This document shows, piece by piece, positions 25,335 through 33,907 of a stretch of DNA of 64,000 nucleotides (position 1 is the first letter of the stretch; every line of letters starts with the position of its first letter). The stretch is from a virus, in IMG/VR virus record IMGVR_UViG_3300045988_165705, one strand, 5' to 3'. Under the pieces are notes generated by a model, which saw only the letters and a list, made by a program, of their open reading frames with translations, was not told where the DNA came from and did not search any database. The translations under genes and the position numbers were made by a program.

Positions 25335-27551
25335 TTATACTCTGCTTGTATAATCAAGAGAAATCCATCCAGCGCCGCTTTTAAGCTTTCCCCAGGATTT
25401 GGCGCCAGTTCCGGCTTTCTCTTCGACGATGGTATAAACCCCACCGCCCTTAATCTGACCAGCCACGGCGTATCCCGTACCGGCTTCCTTGCGAATGTTC
25501 AGTACATCCGCCGTAACACGCACACGATACGGAACCGCAGAAGGTTTCTGTTCGGGCACAACCGGAGTCTTGCCTGCGTATTTGTCATAGAACTTCTGTC
25601 CGTATGCCGCACGCTTATTCTGGACTCCCGCACTCTGGTTCGCAGGACGCTCAAATTTCATCAGCACGGAATTGGATGCGGCAAGAATGGTCTTGGCGGA
25701 TTTCAAATCGGCAAAAACGCCCTTATAGCTCTCGCTCAATTCCTTGTACAGGAATTCAAGCTGCATACCCAAATCTCCAACAGACTTCTTCTTGCTCTGC
25801 GCAAAAGCAAGTAGTGCTTTCTTTCTTGTGTGATATGTCCACTGTGCCAAGCCGTAACCTGCGCTATCAGTCCCAAACTTTTTGTATGTGCCATTGTCAA
25901 CAGCAGCGGTATAGGATGCATCTGTATATCCAAGCCGCTTCTCATAGGCATTCTGTAGGTTGTCAGGGCGTAATCCAGACTCGGCATAGAGGTTGCCCAT
26001 CATACCTGCAACACCGTATTCGTTCCCAATCTTGCCAAGCAAGAAGTTCCAAATGATTTCCTCGTTTGTATTACCAGAAGGAGCGGACGGAGTAGACGGT
26101 ATTGTCGGCGTGGTCGGTTTTACGTTTGCCAGCGCAAGGTCAGAGACCTTGAACGGACTCATAATAGAGTTTTTACCGTCCTCACTTTTGTTGATAACAA
26201 CACGATTTCCACTTACAGAATGCACAATCCAGTTCTTTGCCCGAACCCAACCAGGAACTGACTGACCGGAGTAATACTGTGTTCCGATAATCTTGACAAC
26301 ATCTCCCGCCTTAAATGCGCTGGTTGTCGGCGTGGTCGGGTTTGTCGGCTGTGTAGGTGCAACGCTACCAGAGGTTTTCATTAGCGTAGCGACATCGGCA
26401 CGAGCCGTCGCCATAGACTTACCAAACTTCGGGAACCAGTGGTTGACATCACCGTGGTTAGAGCCAAGCCCAAGCGCATGACTGTCTGCATGGCATAAAA
26501 TTGTAGGAACGGATACACCATTCATATTCACTGTTCCGTTTGGGTCAATATTGAACATTTTGCAAAGGTATGCCGTAATTTCACAGGCCTCCTTGTAGAC
26601 CTTGTTGAAATATGTAGCATCGTTCAAACCGTCTTCACAAATCTCAAATTGAATCCAACCATTGTTACAGGAACCCTTGTTGCCAGAGCCGCAGCCCCAC
26701 GGGCGATAATTCCACGGCATAGTCTGTACTGTAGTGACAGTCCCGTCCGCCAATTTACCAATCCAGCAATTCAGGCCAGCCTGACGGTTGATATGGTTCC
26801 AGTCGTTTCGGTTCCCATTTTTGCCGAGAAGTGCCAAAAGCTCTGCTCTGTTTGCAGCATTATCATCCGGCTGGACATAGCGCCGCAAATTCGGATTGTT
26901 CGCACCGGTGCTGTGCCAAAGAACACCTTTAACGGTCATGGTGCTTGTCCCTTTGTAGCAAGTACTCTGGGTCATCATGCATTCCAACGGTCTATTCGTT
27001 GAACTGTATTTCATTTTTCCTCCACTTGTCGAGGGAACGGTAGTGACCGGTTTCTCATCTGAAACAGCCGGATTATAAATAAAGCCAAGGAACTTGTACG
27101 CAGCTCCTTGACCCCAGTTACCGTTTCCCTTTGTTCTTGTCTTGTTCCAAAACGGATTGGAACTGCCCCATCCGCTTTCGGATGTATAGACCTCCGTATC
27201 ACTTACGACCTTCTCAACAATAGCAACATGACCCGCCCCATCAGAGCCGTTCAGTGTAGCGCCTTTCTGCCAGACCATGCAGGCGCCAAGTTTCGGTGTC
27301 TGTCCTGTTTTAAGAGAGGTTCCCTTATACTGAATGAAGTTCTCTGCATTCACGGGTCTTAGGTACTTGCAGTATCCATACCCGCCAATTTCGTTAAATC
27401 GTCCGTAAGCATACCCTACACAGTTAGAAAGGACATCGCAGTCCTTATCTGTGGGGCTGCCTTTAATGGCGTCGGAGTAGCCGCCATTTGCTTTGGTTAT
27501 GTAATACTTATTACCAGCTTCCGGTTTGCTGGTTCGCATCTTAAACGCCAC
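25335..27551 (-). CDS. multi-domain endolysin: CHAP + amidase_2 + SH3 + lysozyme-like + SH3
   Basis: CHAP: SNCVGYAYGR followed by GHVAIVEKV. Amidase_2: GVLWHSTGANNP, WIQFEICED, ILCHADSHALGLGSNHGDVNHWF. SH3-like: FKAGDVVKIIGTQYYSG. Tail-lysozyme-like: GVAGMMGNLYAESGL followed by GYGLAQWT. A terminal SH3 is also present: YRVRVTADVLNIRKEAG. Confidence 0.88.
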   Translation of the reverse strand: MAFKMRTSKPEAGNKYYITKANGGYSDAIKGSPTDKDCDVLSNCVGYAYGRFNEIGGYGYCKYLRPVNAENFIQYKGTSLKTGQTPKLGACMVWQKGATLNGSDGAGHVAIVEKVVSDTEVYTSESGWGSSNPFWNKTRTKGNGNWGQGAAYKFLGFIYNPAVSDEKPVTTVPSTSGGKMKYSSTNRPLECMMTQSTCYKGTSTMTVKGVLWHSTGANNPNLRRYVQPDDNAANRAELLALLGKNGNRNDWNHINRQAGLNCWIGKLADGTVTTVQTMPWNYRPWGCGSGNKGSCNNGWIQFEICEDGLNDATYFNKVYKEACEITAYLCKMFNIDPNGTVNMNGVSVPTILCHADSHALGLGSNHGDVNHWFPKFGKSMATARADVATLMKTSGSVAPTQPTNPTTPTTSAFKAGDVVKIIGTQYYSGQSVPGWVRAKNWIVHSVSGNRVVINKSEDGKNSIMSPFKVSDLALANVKPTTPTIPSTPSAPSGNTNEEIIWNFLLGKIGNEYGVAGMMGNLYAESGLRPDNLQNAYEKRLGYTDASYTAAVDNGTYKKFGTDSAGYGLAQWTYHTRKKALLAFAQSKKKSVGDLGMQLEFLYKELSESYKGVFADLKSAKTILAASNSVLMKFERPANQSAGVQNKRAAYGQKFYDKYAGKTPVVPEQKPSAVPYRVRVTADVLNIRKEAGTGYAVAGQIKGGGVYTIVEEKAGTGAKSWGKLKSGAGWISLDYTSRV

Positions 27552-27572
27552 GATACATCACTCCTTTGTCCG

Positions 27573-28052
27573 TTATCCAACGGAGCCATTGTCGGCACCG
27601 TAATCATATACATTGACGGTTGCACCGTTTGTAAACGGCACTGGCTCGGTGCTATCAGCGCCAGCGGAAAGAATCTCATTCAACGACCCGTTATTCTCTT
27701 CGCCAGATATGCCAGCGTAGCGTTCTCTACGCAGCTTCACATTTTCGCTCTGCTTCTTCGCACAATACGCTTTTAGGCAATAAATCGCATAGATGAGAAC
27801 CTGTGCGGCAATGTCGGTGATAAGGACACCGAGATAGGTTAAATCATGAAGTACCCACATAGCCGCCATCGCATAAATCATTACGGCGTTAAATAACACG
27901 AAGAGGTAAATAGCAAGCAGCTTGCTTGTTTCGATGCGCTTGGTGTCATATTTCCGTTTTTCTTCGCGGAGTGATTGCTTGTACTGCTTTTGAACATTTT
28001 CCCTGCGAATCTCAGCCATCTTAAGCTGATACTCTCTTTTGGACATTCTCAT
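27573..28052 (-). CDS. membrane protein (2-3 TM), possible second holin/lysis regulator
   Basis: Hydrophobic spans LLAIYLFVLFNAVMIYAMAAMWVL and GVLITDIAAQVLIYAIYCL. Start set to the ATG at 28052 behind AAGGTGGTGA. Confidence 0.4.
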   Translation of the reverse strand: MRMSKREYQLKMAEIRRENVQKQYKQSLREEKRKYDTKRIETSKLLAIYLFVLFNAVMIYAMAAMWVLHDLTYLGVLITDIAAQVLIYAIYCLKAYCAKKQSENVKLRRERYAGISGEENNGSLNEILSAGADSTEPVPFTNGATVNVYDYGADNGSVG

Positions 28053-28147
28053 GTTAATCACCACCTTCTGTATAAAAGCCAAGTTTTATATGCCGTAAAT
28101 GCATTGTGGGAGCCTGCCGATGTGGCATGGCTCCCACTTTTTATTTC

Positions 28148-28291
28148 TTACACATTTCCACCGCTCAGGATTTCTTCTGCTTCCTCAGCTGTAATCCATT
28201 TGCCAACGGCATTCATCACCATCTGCCGGTTCCAAAGTCCACGGTCATAATAGCCTTTGACTTTTTCAAATCTTGCACTATGCTCATTCAT
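28148..28291 (-). CDS. xkdX: XkdX-family small phage protein
   Basis: FEKVKGYYDRGLWNRQMVMNAVGKWITAEEAEEI fits the XkdX pattern. The ATG at 28291 lies behind GAGGAGGAAGG. Confidence 0.7.
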   Translation of the reverse strand: MNEHSARFEKVKGYYDRGLWNRQMVMNAVGKWITAEEAEEILSGGNV

Positions 28292-28697
28292 TGACGCCTT
28301 CCTCCTCTTCCGCAGCAACATAGGTCGGGTCATCCACCGTATCATCGTAGACAGCTTCACCCTCAATGTCGCCTACGCTCATAGTCTGCGCTTCGGCTTG
28401 CTCTTCCATAGGCAGGTCATAGCCGGTCATCATGGAAAGGTAGTCCACATTTGCTGCATTCTGCGCGGCGACCTTATCCTGCTGCATCATATACTCACCG
28501 CTGGGAATCTCCTTGAAATCGACTTCGCCGTTCTCACTAATGGAGTTTCCAGCGAGATTATAGACGATACCGTTGATAGCAACGCCCTGTGCGCTCTCAT
28601 AGTCACACAGACCATAAGCGCCGTTCTCTTGCAAGCAGACCCAGTTCGGCTGCTCAACAAGCGCGAGCAAACTGCCGTTCTTCAGAAACTTTACCAT
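28284..28697 (-). CDS. hypothetical tail-associated protein (XkdW position)
   Basis: 137 aa. The ATG at 28697 lies 9 nt after AAGGAGG. The start lies 44 nt inside the 3' end of the RT gene. Confidence 0.45.
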   Translation of the reverse strand: MVKFLKNGSLLALVEQPNWVCLQENGAYGLCDYESAQGVAINGIVYNLAGNSISENGEVDFKEIPSGEYMMQQDKVAAQNAANVDYLSMMTGYDLPMEEQAEAQTMSVGDIEGEAVYDDTVDDPTYVAAEEEEGVNE

Positions 28698-29838
28698 GTC
28701 CTGAATCCTCCTTGTTCTTGAATAAACTGTTGTAGAAAGCATCCATCTTCCGCAAAACAAGCGTACTGTTTCCACGAATCATATGTCCGCGCCAGCTCTG
28801 ATAGGCGGTTTCTACATCTGTGATAGTGAACCTTCCTTCATCTATCCACCTTCGGAATATTCTGAGTTTCTTCCGCATCTTGACCGGTGACTTTCGGTTC
28901 ATCTTACGAATGACCGCACCGGTTTCATTCAGGAAGAACTTCGTTTTCAAGAATTTGACTCCCTTGCGCAGCGGCGCTATCTTTGTCTTCTTCTCGTTCA
29001 AAACAAATCCGTATTCCTTGCACTTCTTTCTGATTTCTTCCATGCAGTATTTCAGATATTCTCTGTCCTCATGTATCAGATAGAAGTCATCCATATACCT
29101 TCCGTAGTATTTGATGTGTAGTTGTTCTTTTATGAAGTGGTCAAGCGGGCTGGCAACCATCAGAGCATCAATCTGTGACACCTGACTGCCAAGTCCAAAA
29201 CCAACATCTCCGAAGTCTTCCATAAACTGACATGCTATACGGCGCACATCACCGTCGTGTATCCTGCGCTCCGCTTCCCTGTAGATAATAGCGTGCGGCG
29301 CACTGTTGAAGAAATCGGAAAAATCGCCTGTGAGAACACCGCCAGATTCTACACCTTCGATGCCAAACTTTCGATAGAATCTGTGCAAGTGCCTGTCCAG
29401 TCTGTCCATAGCAAAGTCAACGCCTTTGCCTTTCAAACTTGCGGCGTTGTCAAAAACAAATGAGTGAGAAAACACAGGGACGAGTATATTGTCGCAAAGA
29501 CATCTCTGTACTACGCGCTCGGAGATATGAACGCTCCGAATGTGCCGTAGTTTTCCGCGCTCAATTAGGTCAAAGTCATGGAAGCCACGACTCCTGAATT
29601 CCCGTCGTAGCAATGCATCATGCGTGCTGGCGGTATTCGTGGTGATGCGGCTCATATAACTTTGTGTGCTGTTCTTCCACATAACACCCTTGCAGCAGTT
29701 CTTACCTGCCTGATAAAGATGCTCATAGGAAAATACATCTTCATAGCGGCCAAAGCTTTCGCTGTAGGCAATCCTTTTCGCCTGACGAGCCGCCACTCTG
29801 CGCTGATATCTGATTTCATGTCTTTCCTTACTGTTCAT
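28654..29838 (-). CDS. DGR reverse transcriptase
   Basis: RT motifs include YGRYMDDFYLI (YxDD) and the DGR-typical [ILV]GxxxSQ motif (LGSQVSQ). It lies immediately downstream of the TR and avd. Confidence 0.9.
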   Translation of the reverse strand: MNSKERHEIRYQRRVAARQAKRIAYSESFGRYEDVFSYEHLYQAGKNCCKGVMWKNSTQSYMSRITTNTASTHDALLRREFRSRGFHDFDLIERGKLRHIRSVHISERVVQRCLCDNILVPVFSHSFVFDNAASLKGKGVDFAMDRLDRHLHRFYRKFGIEGVESGGVLTGDFSDFFNSAPHAIIYREAERRIHDGDVRRIACQFMEDFGDVGFGLGSQVSQIDALMVASPLDHFIKEQLHIKYYGRYMDDFYLIHEDREYLKYCMEEIRKKCKEYGFVLNEKKTKIAPLRKGVKFLKTKFFLNETGAVIRKMNRKSPVKMRKKLRIFRRWIDEGRFTITDVETAYQSWRGHMIRGNSTLVLRKMDAFYNSLFKNKEDSGHGKVSEERQFARAC

Positions 29839-30087
29839 ACCTCATCCCTTATATACAAGAAAATTGGGTGTGCCGTACAGTCTTATTGTAGGCGGGAATT
29901 CTAACTGCGTAGTCCGCACCATGAAACCGACTATTCCCGTATTCATCGGCCATGCAAGAAGCGTCATCCGGTGCATATCATCGACACACTGTTTCGAGCA
30001 TATTTGACTATGCTACAGGAACAAGCCTCCCTTCTGCAGAAGTACAAATTTCGCCACGAGGGTTACTTTGACTGACTTATAGACCTA

Positions 30088-30221
30088 CAGAAGCCGAAAG
30101 CGACGCCATAACTGTTGCTGGCGTTGTAACGGCTGGCGTTGCCGTTGCTGTAGACATAACAGAAAAAATTGCTGTCGCCAGAATTAGGAGAACGCTCCCA
30201 CCAGTTGTTAGCGGAGCCACC
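30088..30221 (-). repeat. DGR template repeat (TR)
   Basis: 134 bp aligning without gaps to 30934-31067 (offset 846). It carries 27 coding-strand adenines and 8 AAY Asn codons in the VR reading frame. Confidence 0.9.
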
Positions 30222-30277
30222 ACAGCAGCCCGAAAGCCCACAGAACACAACAAGACGAGACTTGACCTTAGAGTAAC

Positions 30278-30745
30278 TTAATCTGCCGGAATACTGTTAT
30301 CTTCGTATTCCTTGAATTTTTCCTTAAACCGTTTCCGGTCTGCTTTCTTGACGCCCGTAATAAGGTCGCGCTCCTTCTGGATGAGCCGACCCCATTCAAG
30401 CATGGCGTTAGGCAACCACTTAAACTCCGTCTTGAAATTCGGATTGTCCGAAACGATGTCATACATCAACTGAAGCTTATCATCTAAGCTGTTGAGCAAG
30501 CCGAAAGTGTAAGTAAGCTCATCACGCTTTAGCTGCGCTTCATGCAGATTGGTCGGCATCATTGATTCTGCCACACGTACATGGGTATCAATGTCTTCCA
30601 CAAGGTTTGCAATTTTCTGAACGACAATATAGGTATATCGTTTTGGAAACTTCACGCAATTCTTGATGGTAAACACCTGCAACTGCCGTGCGTTCTCGAC
30701 ATACTGGATTGCGCTCGTACTGCGCTTTGATTTATATACGGACAT
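30278..30745 (-). CDS. avd: accessory variability determinant (Avd, four-helix-bundle type)
   Basis: FTIKNCVKFPKRYTYIVVQKIANLVEDIDTHVRVAES fits the Avd/S23-IVS family pattern. It is positioned between the target and the TR. Confidence 0.75.
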   Translation of the reverse strand: MSVYKSKRSTSAIQYVENARQLQVFTIKNCVKFPKRYTYIVVQKIANLVEDIDTHVRVAESMMPTNLHEAQLKRDELTYTFGLLNSLDDKLQLMYDIVSDNPNFKTEFKWLPNAMLEWGRLIQKERDLITGVKKADRKRFKEKFKEYEDNSIPAD

Positions 30746-30834
30746 TCCTTCCTCCTTTTCTTCCGTTTACTTATGCGAATGGGATTCCCACACCTCTAAC
30801 CGCAAGGGGTGTACCCCGATACAATGCGGCATAC

Positions 30835-30873
30835 GGGCAGCCGTCTCCCCTGACCGGGGAGAGCGGGCTGCCC
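30835..30873 (-). promoter_or_regulatory. GC-rich hairpin downstream of VR (candidate DGR target-recognition structure or terminator)
   Basis: GGGCAGCC/GGCTGCCC outer stem and TCTCCCC/GGGGAGA inner stem, about 15 bp in total, with a 5-nt loop. It begins about 60 nt 3' of the VR end. Confidence 0.5.
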
Positions 30874-30926
30874 TTGTTTGCGCACTGGGCATTCTGCGTC
30901 AAAGCGAATGCGGCGGGGTGGAGGGG

Positions 30927-32936
30927 TTAGACGCAGAAGCCGAAAGCGACGCCACAACTGAAGCTGGCGAAGCAACGGCTGGCGGAGCCGGAGCTGTAGA
31001 CACAACAGAAAAAACCGCTGTCGCCAGAATAAGGAGAACGCTCCCACCAGTCGTTAGCGGAGCCACCTTTGTTCTTTACCTTCGAGTTGCCCGCCTTGTA
31101 ATAGGCGTACTGCGTTCCTTCGCCGGAGACGGAGTAGGTGGTGGAACCGAAGATTTCGATTTCTGCCAGCAGGAAGCAGTTGTCGGAGACTGTTTCTGTA
31201 CCGCTTGAAGAACCGCCGCCAGTGCCGGAAACTTTATTGACAGGCTTGATGGCCGTCTGCCATGCTGCAGGCATATATCCCTTCATGGTTGCCATCGTCG
31301 AGGTACGCATAGCACTGCTCTTCCAGCCGCCGCTGTTGGTGTTACTACTGTTCATCTGATAAGTCGTCGCAAACAGGTCATGCATCTGGAATGTGATACC
31401 CGCTTTTCCGGTCTTGGTAGCAGAGCCATACGCGGTAGATGTTGTCAGTGCATCATGGTTAAAGCCAATCACATCAAAGGCATAATTCGTACCATTCAAA
31501 GAAAGCGTCACCTGGTCGCCAACACTGACCTTGCGATGAACGCTGCCGAAATCAATGTACACCGTGGATGTCGCATTTGTGATGCTACTGTTGTTGGAGA
31601 TTGCCTCAGCAAACAGCGTTACATCCGATGCTGCTACGCCAGAAAGACCGGATGTATAATTCACGCCAGAAGTAGCCGCAGTGGAAGCCGTAGGTTTGAA
31701 GGATGCAGTCACAGCGCAGGTCTTGCTGGCAGGTGCGGTATGGTTTGTGCCAGCCGCAACACTGATGGTAATGGTCGCATTGCCAGTCGTGTCATTCACG
31801 CTGGAAACTGTAACAGTCGTGCCGGAAACGGTCACCTTTGCCACACCCGTATTGTTGGAACTCGCACTGACAACACCGTTACCAGCCCGCGTAACGGTAA
31901 TCGTTTTTGACCTATTGGAGGCATTCAGCGTAATGGAGGTAGGGCTAATGCTTAAAGAGCCAGCAGCCTTGCCGATTGACCACACAACTGTTTTTGCCGT
32001 GGTGCTCCCATCTGACCAACGATAATCCGCAGTCGGAGTAAATGTGGCATTGTAATTACCAGCGTTCGTTCCTGATGTGGCGCCTCCGATGGTAGTCTTG
32101 GTAGCACTGTAGTTGCTCCAAGTGGGAGACTGGCTGTTTCCGTTATAAGTCAGCGTGCCGCTTTGTGAAGGAACCGTAGCAATGGTAATACGATTCGCCT
32201 TACCCGTGGTTCGCTGAGAGGTGGATGTGTTGATACCGCCGTCCGTAGTCTCGGGATAGAAACTGATGTAGTATGTCGTTCCGTTTGTCAACCCTGTAAT
32301 GGACAAAGGCGTGGAAGCGTACTGGTTGCGGGTGGTGACCTTCAGTGTATATGCTGCGTCTTCATCATCCTTGCTCGTTGCATAACTGCCAGCCTTTACC
32401 ACGATGGTAGTACTCGCCCAGGTAGCCAGTGTAACGCCATCGGATGTGATAGTTGCTGCGGGGTCAGTCCACTTAACGGTCATCTTCCCATTACCGGCCT
32501 CTTGGGATGCTGTCATACCGGTTACATTCCAGCTTGAAATACCTGTGACTTGAACAGTGGGAGTTGCATTAAATACATTCTCTTCGCTGTCCGTGTAAGC
32601 ACCGGCTGTAGTGTAGGGGAAAAACTTATAGTAATAGGTCACGCCGTTGGAAAGACCGCTGTCGCAAAAATACGAAGTCTTGTAGGCATCTCGTGTTTTG
32701 CTGTCCAGCACGACCGTGCCGTCCCGGCGGCTCTTGGGGGCAGAGCCAGCCTTACGAACAAGCTGAGTGCCGCCCCATGCTGCAAGTGCAGCGCCTGACA
32801 CCACAATGTCAGAGGGGTCAGTCCACTTTACATATGTCTTGCCGGAAGCAACAAGCACATTGATATCGGAAACTGCACCAAGCGTCAAGCCACCGCCGGA
32901 GCCAGTTCCGCCCGGGAAGTTGGAAATAATAGGCAT
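30927..32936 (-). CDS. DGR target: tail-fibre/receptor-binding protein with C-terminal variable region
   Basis: 669 aa with two FN3-like repeats (VKWTDP followed by GVTYYYKFFPYT, then GTTYYISFYPET) and a Big_2-like segment. The C-terminus (NDWWERSPYSGDSGFFCCVYSSGSASRCFASFSCGVAFGFCV) is encoded by the VR. Confidence 0.85.
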   Translation of the reverse strand: MPIISNFPGGTGSGGGLTLGAVSDINVLVASGKTYVKWTDPSDIVVSGAALAAWGGTQLVRKAGSAPKSRRDGTVVLDSKTRDAYKTSYFCDSGLSNGVTYYYKFFPYTTAGAYTDSEENVFNATPTVQVTGISSWNVTGMTASQEAGNGKMTVKWTDPAATITSDGVTLATWASTTIVVKAGSYATSKDDEDAAYTLKVTTRNQYASTPLSITGLTNGTTYYISFYPETTDGGINTSTSQRTTGKANRITIATVPSQSGTLTYNGNSQSPTWSNYSATKTTIGGATSGTNAGNYNATFTPTADYRWSDGSTTAKTVVWSIGKAAGSLSISPTSITLNASNRSKTITVTRAGNGVVSASSNNTGVAKVTVSGTTVTVSSVNDTTGNATITISVAAGTNHTAPASKTCAVTASFKPTASTAATSGVNYTSGLSGVAASDVTLFAEAISNNSSITNATSTVYIDFGSVHRKVSVGDQVTLSLNGTNYAFDVIGFNHDALTTSTAYGSATKTGKAGITFQMHDLFATTYQMNSSNTNSGGWKSSAMRTSTMATMKGYMPAAWQTAIKPVNKVSGTGGGSSSGTETVSDNCFLLAEIEIFGSTTYSVSGEGTQYAYYKAGNSKVKNKGGSANDWWERSPYSGDSGFFCCVYSSGSASRCFASFSCGVAFGFCV
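30934..31067 (-). repeat. DGR variable repeat (VR)
   Basis: Encodes the last 45 codons of the target gene. It has 15 mismatches to the TR, all at TR adenines on the coding strand. The 3'-terminal 21 nt are identical to the TR. Confidence 0.9.
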
Positions 32937-32951
32937 ATAAATTGACCTCCT

Positions 32952-33353
32952 TTAGCCCAATAAGATAATGAGAACGGGAATATCACACGACGGCGTTTCC
33001 CCGTCAGAAGCAATCGTCAAAAAGCCGTCACCCTGGTTGCTGATATAAAGCCCAGCCGCACGGACGGTTTCAATCTGCAGCCCGGTAAGATTCTGCGCCG
33101 TACCGATTACGCCGTTTTGCTCGGGCGTCAATCCATCAATGGTAATGGTCTGGGTAGACACCGCACCATCCGTGTTCCACTGATTTGCAAGAAGCGTTGC
33201 CGTAATCGCACGGCTGAGAGCCGCCTTCTCGGCAAGGGCATTATCGATTTTTACCATGTTGGAATTATCGCTGCCATTCATCTTCTGCCGCCAGTCAAGG
33301 AAGCGGGTCGTACTGTCGTCTTCGAGATAGAGGTTATAGTTTGTTGTGTTCAT
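32952..33353 (-). CDS. small fibre-associated protein, paralogue A
   Basis: 133 aa. It shares GLTPEQNGVIG and the C-terminal CDIPVLIILLG with the neighbouring gene. Confidence 0.5.
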   Translation of the reverse strand: MNTTNYNLYLEDDSTTRFLDWRQKMNGSDNSNMVKIDNALAEKAALSRAITATLLANQWNTDGAVSTQTITIDGLTPEQNGVIGTAQNLTGLQIETVRAAGLYISNQGDGFLTIASDGETPSCDIPVLIILLG

Positions 33354-33368
33354 AAAAGCCTCCTCTCA

Positions 33369-33833
33369 TCAAGACAGCAGAATCACAGTAACGGGAATGT
33401 CACATTCTGGCACTGTTCCTTTTGCCGCAACCGTAATGGAGCCCGCGCTTTGCGCACAGACATACAGGCAGGCATCCGCAGCAGCGGTGAACTGCTCGTC
33501 AGTAATGCTCTGCGAAATACCAATCACACCATTCTGCTCTGTGCCAAGACCAGCAACGGCCAGTGTCTGCTGTTTGTTTGACCAATTGCTTGCTGTCAAT
33601 GTCGTATTGATAAATACGCTTGCGTCACACTTCCCTGCAAGCGCATTGTAGATGTCTTCATCATCAAACGGGAGTTGTGAGTAGGTCTTTGTCCCATCGC
33701 CAATCTTCCTGCGAACGCTACCGCTGGCCGTATCAACAATGATGATTTCCCCATCCAGAATGACAGGGTTGCTGTTCGTCCAGTTTGCGCTCGTATCTCG
33801 TTTGAGTCTGATTCGTGTGTTAAATTCAGCCAT
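33369..33833 (-). CDS. small fibre-associated protein, paralogue B, with Mtd_N/hyaluronidase-N-like N-terminus
   Basis: FNTRIRLKRDTSANWTNSNPVILDGEIIIVDT followed by KIGDGTKTYSQLPF. The C-terminus CDIPVTVILLS is paralogous to 32952-33353. Confidence 0.55.
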   Translation of the reverse strand: MAEFNTRIRLKRDTSANWTNSNPVILDGEIIIVDTASGSVRRKIGDGTKTYSQLPFDDEDIYNALAGKCDASVFINTTLTASNWSNKQQTLAVAGLGTEQNGVIGISQSITDEQFTAAADACLYVCAQSAGSITVAAKGTVPECDIPVTVILLS

Positions 33834-33907
33834 ATAGGTAGCCTCCTTTTAAGCAAAATCCCCGCCGTGCATGACACACGACGGGGTTGCTCTTATTTTA
33901 TCGGGTC

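Larger units (their letters stand above)
28654..32936 (-). mobile_element. diversity-generating retroelement cassette (target-avd-TR-RT)
   Basis: Canonical gene order on the minus strand. The TR/VR pair shows adenine-only mismatches. Confidence 0.9.

Noticed and set aside
30063-30248. 61-aa ORF resembling the C-terminus of the fibre protein
   Set aside because: It is the DGR template repeat read in the VR frame. It has no RBS and is Asn-rich, as expected for a TR, so it is not an independent gene.
30663-31208. Plus-strand ORFs of 181 aa and 80 aa, and a minus-strand ORF of 83 aa, over the avd start, hairpin and VR region
   Set aside because: They overlap avd and the target gene, or lie in the GC-rich non-coding gap. 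They are artefacts of GC-rich sequence.
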